A stretch of DNA of 56,663 nucleotides, filler included, from Sphacelaria rigidula (taxonomy: Eukaryota), in the NCBI GenBank assembly GCA_964200075.2. It is 6 parts of 6 records of this genome, joined end to end, with 100 filler letters (N's around TTAATTAATTAA, not from the genome) between each part and the next. Parts side by side here need not be neighbours in the genome. Positions count along the whole stretch, not along the records: positions 18,924 to 28,284 come from CAXNAA020008677.1; positions 28,385 to 37,744 come from CAXNAA020008678.1; 4 more parts are not named here. The stretch is one strand, 5' to 3'. Numbering within the stretch: the first letter of the stretch is position 1; the number at the start of each line of letters is the position of its first letter. A program made the translations under genes and the position numbers. The notes under the pieces are model-generated. The model worked only from the letters and a program-made list of their open reading frames with translations. It made no database searches and was not told the DNA's origin. Positions 23,801 through 35,511 of this stretch are shown one piece after another.

Positions 23801-26800
23801 GATGGTTTCATCAGATTCGGAAAATATCTCCACAAGAGCATACAGCAAGTGAACTGGCCGGTCTGTCTCGAAGAGCTGATGTTTGGCGAACGTTTCAATT
23901 CAGAGGTAACGTTTATGAAACTGCCACCGGGACCGGAAAACCTCGAGTTCGGCAAGCAGTTCAGGCAACCGATCTCGAAGGTGGCGCGGCCGACAGGTCT
24001 AAAACGAATTAGGCTTCGAGGCGGCAATCGCGCCAGGGAAATCGCACGCCAGGGAAATCGCACGCCAGGTGGCGCATTGGCCGCCTGCGGTCAAGGTCGA
24101 AATCCTGAAGTAAGACTAAAGCGGAAATCATCCAAGAACACGACAGGGTACATATGCGGCAGCTTTTCGGGCGCAGTTTCCTCGAAAGAAATATTCTGGA
24201 CAGCTAGTGCGCGGTGCGAGTGGTAGCATAATGCGTGTGTCGTTCAGCGGAGAAGCTCGCGAGTGTGTTACCCCAGCGCCCCGGAGGTCGGACCGGTACA
24301 GTGAAACGAGGTAGGGGCGGATTTTGTGGGTTCGACCCCCGAAACATGGACAAGGTATACCCCGCCGTTTTTGGCCAGTTTGGGGGTACATGAAAAGTGT
24401 AGTGGGATGCCTGAAACGTCCGAGAAGCTGCCAGGAAAGGGTACATTTTGCCATTTCTGGCCAATTCAGGGTACGTTGGTCAACGGGTTCTGTTCCCGGC
24501 GGATAAACGGCATGTACTCGACCCCGTGTTTCGTCGTCTTTCCGAGACACGTTGCGTTGCTTTCCTTCAAACGTAAACTGCAAGAGGAAAAAAGAACAAC
24601 AGCACGCATGGTGCTTAGCGAAGCGGTAAAGCTGCGGGCATTTCACCGGAGCTGCATTTGTTTATTTGATTCAGAGAGTACATGGCTCACTTTTTTCTTT
24701 TCCCCTGTCTCTGTGACGTAGGAACACGTGTTCCCTGTTCTTTTCGTGGTTGTTCACAACGTTTGTTTCATTTCGGTTTTCGGGTGTTCGTTGGCCGAGC
24801 ATCCCATGTTTTTCTTTCTCCCTCGTTGGAATTTCATCGCGTACCTTCAGTTTCTTCTCGATTTGTCTGTTCCGTGTCCCCACCTTGTTTCAGCCAACCA
24901 CTCCTCGGCGGGATGCTTTATATAGGTCGCTTTGCGTTCCGCGCTCATTTGCATCTTTACTGTAGTAGATTTCTGCATGATACACGCACCTTGAAAGAGC
25001 GGTATCGTTTTGTTTCTCCCGTTTGGTTTTGTCGCTGTTTGCACCACCGGCTACGGGATGTTCGATTTTGTGTTTCCGACTTTGTTTTTTTCCTTATTTT
25101 GTACTTTTCGATAGCTGCGCTTCTCGTTTTCTTGCGGTTTTGTGCAGCACTGCTCTGTTTTTTTTTTTCAACGTACATGTATACATCGGTTCCCTGAGGA
25201 GTCTCCCGCGATCTCTCGGACGTTTCGTTTGTTAGCCATATCGCAACATGTATCCCACATTGTTGTGAGTGCATGCTTGTGATTTTTCCCATAGCCCTCT
25301 CCAGCTAGACTCGTTGTGTTCACAGTTGGTACCGTAGACCCATACGTATCTATGAAACTCCTCGCAGGTCAAGCGCGCTTGCCTGCATCCGTAGAGTTTC
25401 TGAACATACGGGCGCTAGATCTCTAACGCTGGTCCCTTCTCAGCTACAGGTAAGAAGCTCACGTCCAAGGAGATCGGTTTGTTAGAGAATGAGCAGCGAC
25501 CAGAAGGGACGATGCGAAGTATGCATGGAAGCGGGTGTGTTGTGTTCAAAGTATATGCGCCTGTCGTGGCTTGTGTGCAAAATACACCGTGTTCAACTGT
25601 CAACGTGGCAGAAACAATTGGTTCAACTGGTGAACCCAGCTCTAACAAAGAGAGCTCGCAGAGGCTGCACAGTGTGTGTTGGTTAAACACTTGCTTGTGC
25701 AGTAAAAGAAAATGCGGTTTAAACTTGGCACTTCACCTGGCCGAACTCAAATCAAACACAATCGGTCTCTACTCTACAGAAAACTGATGACAAGCTGGTA
25801 GGCTTACTTAAGGTGGGTCGCTTTGGAGAGTGATAGCGTAGAGCTAAGTCAATCTCTCGACAAAACTCTTGGATGCGATAAAACTGTTTATCCAAACTGA
25901 TGATATCTTCGACTCTTCGTATTTGACTCTTCACTATTCTGACAACATGCTTACTTTCTGTGTACGAGCTACGGGCTATGCAGCATTTGAGCTATTCTTT
26001 ATTCTACGAGGAATATTCCAAGGATCGGACAAGGAATGATTCGTCTGGAAATTACTTGGTTTCAGTGTATTGATTCAAATCGTAAGAATCAATCCCTAGG
26101 CTTTGTTTTCAGCGTTGCAACCCAGGTACACGCAGCCCAGAGGCTCAGACACGTGGAATGGCGCAAACGTTGTGTGGATACCCCTTGGACCAGCAGTCAA
26201 CGTTTTTCTCCCTTTTGGGCAATCAGGCCGAAGGAATCGTGGATTTGGTGATTCGAACCAGTGATGATTCGTCCTTACCGTGAAATATGCCACCTCTTCG
26301 GTTACTACTACGATCTTTGTTCTAACGATGAATCGTAACTGGTTTTACCGCTGATCTCGAGTATGTACATTCGGAACTGTTATTTCTTGAATCTCAGCAT
26401 GTTGCATGGCGTTTGCTATGTGTTTTGACTGGATCGTGGCAACGAAAAAAAAGTGATCTGCTCTCCATCTGATTCGAAGTTGAATCTGACACACACAATG
26501 TACAATGCATGCACTCGGTCGACCAACAGTGACCGGTCGATGTGCGTGGTGTTCCGTCGCGACCATCAGAGCTCGTATCGTCATAAGTCAAAAATGTAGT
26601 GATATGTGCACCTCAAATTGGTGTCTCTAGCCGTACCACTTCCTCGCTTCGAAAAAACACCGTGACTGCGCAACTTTTCCTGGCTGCATTATTCTGCACC
26701 TTCTCCAAACTTGCGCAAGGGTGGCGAGTGGTTTGACAACTGGACATATAGACTACCGCCACTCACCCCCCTCTCTGAGTATTTCGACTGCCGATATTTT

Positions 26801-28196
26801 GATATACTGAAAAGGAACAAACGTCCGCGTCGTCGTACATGTACTCAAAATGACTATTTCGCAATCCATCTGAGGGTTGAGCGCACAGGCCACTACTTGA
26901 ACGTCAGTTGTACAGATGTTGGGAGTTTGGGGAAAATATTTGTTGACGGATGGAGTTATAAGTGTTCATGATCGGGCAGCACCTGGGACCGACAGTACCA
27001 ACACCAACTCGTCATAACCTGCGCCAGATACGTGAAGCATTTTGTTCGGTTCCCCGTCTCTGATTTGCTCACCTCTTATCATCCCTGGTGGCTCCCTATC
27101 TGTTTTTTTTTGTCTTTGCCCCCCCCCACCCCGGAACTGAGCCTGGCTCTCTTCTTTTGTCTTTTGTATTCCTTTCTCTACGTTTGTTTTGTTCTTCTGC
27201 TCTTTCATTTTCTTCACTATTCTCTGTTTGGTTTTAGTTTTTGATTACCAGCTGGATTGTTGCAATCAAATACGTAATGCAAGATAGCCATCTCGTCGTG
27301 CCTTTTGTGTTCGCGTTTGTGTTTGTGTTTGTGCTGCTGTTATTGATGTTGCTCTTGTCGCTGCTTCCTTTCGTCTTTCCTCCCTGTGGCTGTTGCTTCT
27401 GCCTTTTTCTGTTCCTTTCCTTCTTTCTTATTCTGCTTTTTTTTTTGCTGCTCCTTACCACGGACGGGCTGGATTGCTGCAATAAGCTAATAATGTGAGA
27501 TAGTCAATCAATCAATCATGGCGTCCACGAAAGAGATCGATATTACCGCACATGATTCTTCGCGCAAACATCGCCACGATCAACACCACACTACTAGCTG
27601 TCACAGCGAGTCGCAGGGCTCCAGTAGTTTCCAGCTGAGGTGCGGGGATTTTCGTAATTGCTTTGTATTTCGCGATCTTCAAAAGTGTTTTTACGTGCCA
27701 CCGCTCATCCAAGTGAACTTTTGATCTCGATGTTTGGAGATCGGGCGATACTAGGCATCCGCTCCACATTCCGAAGCATCACCTCTGTGTTTAATTCCAA
27801 GCGAGTTTTGGGCTGACCGGTTTTCGGGGGTCCTGCCACTACCCAACCCCAGGTTCTGATCCTCGGTGTTTTTTCTCGGTTGAAGCAACCCAAATCATTA
27901 TCATGAATTATATATATATATATATATTGTAATTTGTACGTATTTGTTGCGCTTGAGCAGAAAAATTGTGTTTTTTGGACTATTGACGGCTGATAACACC
28001 CCCTGATGAACGAGGCACTTAAATATCACCCCGACAGCACCAATTGAGGATTGTGTCCTGAGCTCGGCCTGCTTCCTTTTCCGAGTTTTATCAAGTCTAT
28101 GACTTTCGAGTGCTACTAAGGAAGAGAACTACACGAGAAAGTTCAGAAAAGTACCCAAAAACGAAAATTCCTCAACCGAGCTCTGCATCGCACAGG

Positions 28197-28284
28197 AGGG
28201 GGGGGGGGGGGGGGGGGGGTACCCTTTTTTTTCTTGCCTTCAGCCAATTGACCATTGACCCCGCATTCCTTTAGTAGACAGACC
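28197..28284 (-). repeat. Tail module of the C-tailed repeat, reverse orientation
   Basis: Reverse complement reads ggaatgcggggtcaatggtca...ggcaag...gtac-poly(C). Confidence 0.7.
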
Positions 28285-28384
28285 NNNNNNNNNNNNNNNN
28301 NNNNNNNNNNNNNNNNNNNNNNNNNNNNTTAATTAATTAANNNNNNNNNNNNNNNNNNNNNNNNNNNNNNNNNNNNNNNNNNNN
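28285..28384. other. Artificial contig linker
   Basis: Same cassette. Confidence 0.97.
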
Positions 28385-30279
28385 CTTGCTTTAGCGCAGT
28401 GACTAGGTGGTATTTAAAAAAAGCGATCTTTTTTGAGTCGTCACTTATTTAATCCGGATCGAGTCGGTCCACCGAAAATACCGAAAAGCTAGAGCCTGGG
28501 GTCGTCTTTTCGCAGGACCCCGAAGATCGGTCAAGCCCGTAAGTCACTTATGATTGATTGCAGATGATTTTTCTTTCAATATTTATCAAGAGGGTTCAAA
28601 TATCTCCGGATGGGATGCTCATTTTTTTGCATCCAGCAGTCACCGTAATAAGCGGTGGTAAGCAAAACAAATTTGGACAATCTTTGAGAAACTAAGAAAT
28701 TACGGATTCTGCATACTTCTGACGCTGACTACTGTGGTCCACAAACGTTGCCGGGGAAACTTGGGTGGGCAACACCTCGGTCAAGAAGCTTGTGCATTTC
28801 TTATGGTGTGCACGCTGTACAGCAACCATCAAGACAGTAGGAACTCGTACTTCACCCCCCTCAAGGGGATTCAGCGACCACATCAGCGGAATGAGTGTCT
28901 GAAAACCATATGTAGGGTCTGTAAGAATTGTCAAGACACGGTATGTAGTCGCGCAGTCAACTTGCATGGTACGCTGGGCATGAAGGGCAAAACGATTAAG
29001 CAGGGAAACTAAGTCTGCGTACTGCATAAGTAATGACAAGACATTGCACGGAAATATTTGTGGTTGCATGGTATCGAAAACCAACTTTAAAGCAACTGAA
29101 CAAAGTAGTATCCAACTACGGTATCAGGAAGGGAAAAGGTAATAGTCAACTACGGTACAGGGTGCGTCAAGAAGTCAACCTGTTGAATAGCAAACCATAC
29201 AATCGATCACCAGAGTGGGATAAAAATGGAGATCATGTCAAGTGACACCAAGGCAATAACCCTGCCACCAGAATCCTATAAAAAGGTACACGAGATTAGC
29301 TATACCAAGCCAGATTGCTGACACTCCACGCCAGAACATACCGTCGTGAGCAAACCGTTCAGTGTTTCCTGCGTGTCCTCCCCAAAGCAATCACGTTCAG
29401 CGCCGGTCCCCTCATCGGGATGTGACACACCCAAGGCAAGAGTGTAGGTGAAACAAGAGAGGAAGTAATAGAGGGCGCGGTTAGTATGCGTTGAAGTCTT
29501 GGAGTCCGTGAAAATATGGCTCGGTTTTATACCACGTGACGCAGATCGAAATGTCGTGTGCCGGGCGGTAAATTCGACGTTTCGGCCTTGCGAACCAGAT
29601 AAATGAAACGATTACAAGCGGAATCCTGCTCAAGCATGATGAGTATAGGCAGCGCAGCCGACAAGGCCCTGCAGATAGCCTACGCCCCCACGGTAAAAAA
29701 ACAAATATCACGATCACCCAAAAACAAATTACCAAAACATGAAATGAAAAATCGTGCAGCTCTACAGAGCAAGACGACGGCGGCTCAAAATTATAAAACA
29801 CGCAATGCAATCGGGTGGCTCGAGAGAAAGTTATGGTAGACACGACACCCCGAGATGCAGAAAATTTTGGAATGTATGATGAAAGAAAATCAATCAAGAC
29901 CGAAAAAACTGGAAGCTTTACCGCACGTGCATTTCACAAATTCCCATGGCCACAATAGAAATCAAAAATACATTCTGATCATGGTGGGTTCATTGTCCCA
30001 ATTCAATATGCAACAAGACTACCGAAATAACATGGAGACTGCCTTGAACACGATCATTGCTGGTTAGGTACAGCGATGATATTATGGCTGAACAGGTGTA
30101 GGTCAGGCGAAGGTGATACGATGCAGGCGACAATGACAAAACAAAAACAGTGCGATCAGATCGAAGCAAGGCTCAAAAAGAACATGAGGGCGGAAAATAC
30201 GCGTGCACATGACTGCATGCGATGCGATAGCAAGCGAGAAAAGTACAGCCGACAGTAGGCAGTAGAGGCAAAATAACAC

Positions 30280-30401
30280 AACAAGCGGGACAACAACAGC
30301 AAACCAGGGTATCAGAAAGCACGGTGGAAACAGCAGCAGCAGCAGCAGCAGCAGCAGTAATAGTAGACAACAACAACAACAGACAACAGACAAGCGACAA
30401 C

Positions 30402-30457
<56 letters not shown>

Positions 30458-30484
30458 GACAACAACAACAACAACAACAACACC

Positions 30485-30515
<31 letters not shown>

Positions 30516-30690
30516 GACAACAACAACAACAACAACAACAACAACCAACAACACGCAGCAGCGGCGCGGCAGCGACGAAAAACAGCACAGCCATGCGGCG
30601 AGCAGCAGCAACACACAGCGGCGGCACGGCAGCGACAAACAGCAGCACAGAACAACAGCGGAAACCACAACAACAGACAACAACAACGCG
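30280..30690. repeat. Compound (CAG)n/(CAA)n microsatellite
   Basis: Long CAA runs with frame-breaking interruptions. Confidence 0.95.
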
Positions 30691-30995
30691 GCTGCACAGC
30701 TTCCGCAGCTGTCTGGAGCCTGATGTTCCGAAATGCCCCGAAGTAGTTGTAGGCCCTCTGGTTCGTTGAACTCGTCCAATGCTCGTTCGACCGTATTGCC
30801 TTTCATTAAATTATATCGGCTAGGTCATATCGGTTTGAACGTCTGGTTACCTCCGTCACATCGTAGGGCGCGACACTATTGAGAAACTGGTTCTGATCGC
30901 CCGATGATCTGTTTGTGCATGAGTACGGTATAAACATGCAGCGGGCGGAAAGACGAAGCACAGGGCACCCACGGTATAAAACCAGGGAGGAACAA

Positions 30996-32980
30996 AGGGT
31001 ACCACGGGACAAGAACCAACTACATAGCCCATGCTCAACTTCTTATGCTCAACGTACGTATCTTAAGTAGACGACAGAGCGAAAGAGTGCGAAAGGCCGA
31101 AGCAGCGTACCCTCATAGTACGCTCACTGTACATGCTCTTCAAGCATCCCAGTGACACTGAGTCGTGAACTTCAAAAGCACTCTCTACTACATGGTAAAT
31201 AATGTTGCAGGTGAGTTACGCTGAGGGAACTACAATTTGTGAACAGGCACACTATTTACTCTATATAAAAGAAGTGACATTTCACCTCATCCGACCCACA
31301 CGCCAAAAAACCCTCCCCTCCGGAAGTTTGTGGTCGGAGCATGCCAGTTTTGACTCTACACAAGCACGGGTTGGACACCATGTCATGGTACGATACTTAC
31401 GACCTGGGAGGAAGATGCCAGTTCAGTAGGCACCGGGGCTAGCAGGCCCAAACACAGTCTTTAGTATCGAAACCTTTGAGTTCGATATTATCGAGTGCGG
31501 AGTCAACCCACACACAAATGACCACGCGCCATGCCCATGGTCTACGCCGGGGACAAGACCCATATGTTGCGTGCAGTGCGGGCTTACATTGCGTGAAGAC
31601 CAGAGAATCTTCTGAGATAGCAGTCCGTGATGGCGTAGATGCTCTTGTATTATTGGCGTACAGGCTAACTTGTGCTTTGCTAGTTGAGATGCATAATCCA
31701 AAACGCTGTGACACCCGAGCGGAGACAGATCAAATCTACCACAAAATGTAATATGACCTACCAGGTACCAAGCATGACAAAGTATGACACATGGAATCGA
31801 GTCGACTGCAAAATGACCAATAAACCTGTATCATATTTATCCAAATGTCTTCTTTGTATGCAAACGGTCGCCTTGCTCCTTCGTTATGCGGTGGAGAGAG
31901 GGGGGTGGTGGGCGGGTGGTCTGTAGAGGGACAGAGCGCCACAAATACATGTTTTCCCGTGGACAGCTGAGAGCCACAGAAGAATATTTCTCCGTGGGCA
32001 GCTGGTAGCCATTCACCCTTTTTGCAGCTGACTGCCACAAAATAGTACATACCCTGAGAGGTGAGTAGCTCGTACACAACAGAGCCATATCACACTTGAG
32101 ACTCCCGGTATATTTAAAAAGTAATTTACAGAAAACAATACCGGGACTTTCAGTATGACATACCCCCGACGTTCGTGGTTTGTTTGCGGGCTCTGGGACA
32201 CGACATTGTTTGAAGTAAGAGTGATGTCGATTTATTAGCCAGCGTAAAAATCTCACAGCCAAAGGGTCGGGCGACTAATAAATCGGATAACGTTTCCTCA
32301 AAAAGTTACTCCGAAACATCCCGGAATTGTTTCAAGTAAAAGTGATGCCGATTCATCCACCAACGTAACCTCGCAGCCAAAGGATGAGGTGACTAATGAG
32401 TCGGATCACTTTCCCTCCAACAATTACTCCGAGGTATCCCGAAGGGACGACGCAATACTCTCGCCCACGTTTTTTTCTCGGACTGGTTCGAAATGGCTCT
32501 CTTATATATATCCTGCTCGCCAGAATATTGAATGGTTTACTTGTTGAATTACAATTAATGAGAGATTCGTTAGACGGCATGACGTTCAGGACGGGGTAGA
32601 GTATATTATTACTTGAATATTATGGTTCGGTGGAACATATACCCGACATCAACGCGCCCACCCAATGTATACTGGGTAGGTGATATGATGTAATAATATT
32701 TTATGGCAATGGATCTCAAATTCGCGAACTCAAAATCGGGGCCACCGTTTCACGATATCACAGATTTGTCAAATAGTTCTGTACAGTCTCTTCTGCATGA
32801 GAGTGGTACTGTCTGTCTCGCGTACTCTTGAAGCGGAAGAGTAGATTGATTGATTGATTGATCGTCGAACTTTAACTGACCCCCTGGGGTCCAACCGTGG
32901 TCTCATGATAGACATACCCAAGAAAAACGTACGTGGGTGGTGAATAATCCTTCGAGTACGGTGTCGTCCCGTGGTACCCT
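30996..32980. mobile_element. Putative TIR DNA transposon relic (1985 bp)
   Basis: Perfect 15-bp inverted repeat AGGGTACCACGGGAC (30996-31010) / GTCCCGTGGTACCCT (32966-32980); no clean TSD or recognisable transposase. Confidence 0.6.
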
Positions 32981-33229
32981 AGGATAATACGGTCCAGGGA
33001 ACTCCATCATCACAGTTAGGGGTGCGAATCGCTCACAAAACATGTAGGAAATTTCCCCCCAAAGGCGTCCTGGCTCTTCCTGATGGACAAATCAAGCTTG
33101 CCAGTCAGAAGCAAAGGATCCGTCCGATTGGTTCCAAGAGAACCCTGGAAGGCCTGCTGCGCAGATCACACACTCTGCCGCAGGTGCATTGCTCATGGGC
33201 GTACTGATGAAGATACCGACTTTGGGAGT

Positions 33230-34030
33230 GACTACCGACAAAGACAAATGAAAACAGAGAGTACAACAACAGCAGTACAATGCAATACGAAAGCTGTGTG
33301 GTACAGACAGTACAGTGCAGTGTTGTCTCATCTCCCCCCCCCCGCTGCTTTCCTTCCCTTCTTCGATGGGCACCATCAATGATCAGATTACACGAAATCT
33401 TTGAAAAGCGTTGAACCTGTAAGCCTCTACGGCGGGTCACCTGGGTCTTGCATTCATCTTTAAGTAAAAATTATGCCAATGCACAACAGAATACTCTCCC
33501 TGAAGATGACTGTATATGGGTGGACAGACAAGCAAGGCTCGGTACAGCACAGGAGAATGTAGCGCGATGTAGAGCAGTACAGGTCAGGAGAGTGTTATCT
33601 TCTCTCCCGCCCCTCCCTGCGTTCCTTCCCACTGTTCCCATTATCTAAGGCCATTACTATGGATCAGATTACGAAGAACCTTTCGAGAGCGTGAACTCGT
33701 CCTGCCCCTGGCTCTGGAATCAAACCCTTGGACCTTCACGGTGGGCAATCTGTTCCTTACACTCATCTTTCAAGTAAAAATTATGCCAATGCACAACAGA
33801 TGACTAGCCCTGAACGTGGTTATATAGAGATGTACAAAGCCGAACAATGCACGACAGTACAATACAGGGCAGAGTGTTGTCTTCTCTCTCCGTGCGTTCC
33901 TTCCCAGTGCTCCCATTAACTAAGGGTATCGCCATGGACCAGATTGCAAGAAACCTTTGAAGAGTGTGAACTCGTCCTGCCGCCAGCTATGTACGTGAAC
34001 CGGTGGGCCTTCACGGTGGGTAATCTGGGT
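33230..34030. repeat. Diverged ~280-bp tandem repeat, 3 copies
   Basis: ga(t/c)cagatt...gaa.cttt...g(c/t)gtgaac at about 33381, 33662 and 33937; aagtaaaaattatgccaatgcacaacaga twice. Confidence 0.8.
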
Positions 34031-35511
34031 CCCGTTCGTGTTTCGAGTCAAATCATGCCAAGTCAGGATATGTGAACACAACACTGGATCTTCATGGCAG
34101 CGCAGAGATGTGTACAGCCGGCAGGCCACATGTGGAGGTAAAGGTGGACTCTGCATAAGCAGGAAAGAGAAGAGCACAAGACAGTCACCATGGTGTTGTC
34201 TGTTCCAGTACACACCACGCTCCCTTATGTGGGTCCCAAGAGCGGCTGGGTATACAAGCAGCAACGTTTCTCTGTTACTAACTTGTCGGAGTGCATTACA
34301 CACGGATATACTTTAACCGAACCCACAAAGTTACTCCAGCTCAGACCTCTCCTCCCTTCTTGCCTCGACCGTCCCGTCTGCGCCTTCTCTGTTCATTTGC
34401 TCTTGTCGGGGACCGTGGTTTGTTGGGGAGAGTCCATCCATAGGCCGCCTAAATCAGAGACGATCTTGTCGACCACGAGTGCGATTCGAGCGCTGTTTTT
34501 TGCGTTGTGTGCTGCAAATCACGATGCATGTTGTGATGACTTCGCTTTCCGGGAACGTCCCACGCTCGGCACACCACGCGGCAAACAGTATAATTTTGCA
34601 GAGTTTCAGCGAACGCTACAGGAGTTGAGAAGAAAGGGGGTTATCTTGCAGTGTATGTCAGGGGTGTGGACGTGTATGTAGCGCCTGAACAGGGAGGACG
34701 TCGCTTAAACGCACAATTTGCTCGTTCTAATGATGTTGTGTTTAACCAAGTGAAGAAAAAAAACGAGGATGAGTTGTCTATGGTCGATCAAATTCCGTCG
34801 AACGGCCTGACAAAATTCGGAGGCTAACACCCCCCCCCGATTCGCACCCCTAACAGTACATGACAATGTCGTGTGGTGATACATGGTGGCACAGTCGGTA
34901 CTGCGAGAACATTGAGCAAACAGTGCGCGAACATAGTTCAGTAGTGCAGTGCTATGTATCACCCTGCAAGTATAGCGACAACAGACTATGATGGTACAGT
35001 ACGGTTCGTTATGGTGATCCACATGGCAGGGCATTGCAGCATAAGACATCACCATCGCCGCCGGGTACGGCGTTAGTATTTATCCGCTAGTCAGACCCCG
35101 TGCGAAGCTGCTTCAGCAGCTGGTGCGAGCAGACACGCCCTACAATAGACTGTCTTCCGCTGCCATCGCAAAAATATCACACACCTCGAAACCCTACCAT
35201 TGTACGTCAGTGTACGTACGTTACCTCCTCAAAATCGGGGGCACTGGGTGTATTCAGTATGAATACGAGGTTTGTGTTGGCGGATGACGAATTATATGGG
35301 ATGTACTCTGGCGTATGCCGAAGTCGAAATAAGATATAAGGGATCACGTGTCCAAGGCGCAAACGCCGCAGAGTTGGTTCAACCGGGCGAGACTGGTCTC
35401 GTGCAAGAGCACCGAAGAAGCAGACAGTATCACTCGAGACCAGTTGACCAGTCAGCGACACGCCAGCAGTCTCAGTAGTACAGTAGTCCCTGGCACTTGA
35501 TCGATTTTACA

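Larger units (their letters stand above)
19052..24113 (+). pseudogene. FNIP/LRR-like repeat protein pseudogene; exons about 18997-20089, 20647-20984, 22190-22627, 23815-24113
   Basis: ~22-aa repeats WP..L..L.FG..FN..I; phase-2 GT-AG junctions 20984/22190 and 22627/23815 join in frame; stops at 19868, 22536 and 22581; 17-bp duplication frameshift at about 24029-24068. Confidence 0.85.

Noticed and set aside
28003-28040. Hammerhead ribozyme (CTGATGA here, at 2725, and GCC..GGC-GAAA in the C-tailed repeat)
   Set aside because: No complete CUGAnGA / stem II / GAAA / stem III-NUH core could be assembled by eye.
30103-30806. Poly-Q/T/N and poly-C/L/V ORFs
   Set aside because: Translations of a microsatellite with frame-breaking interruptions.
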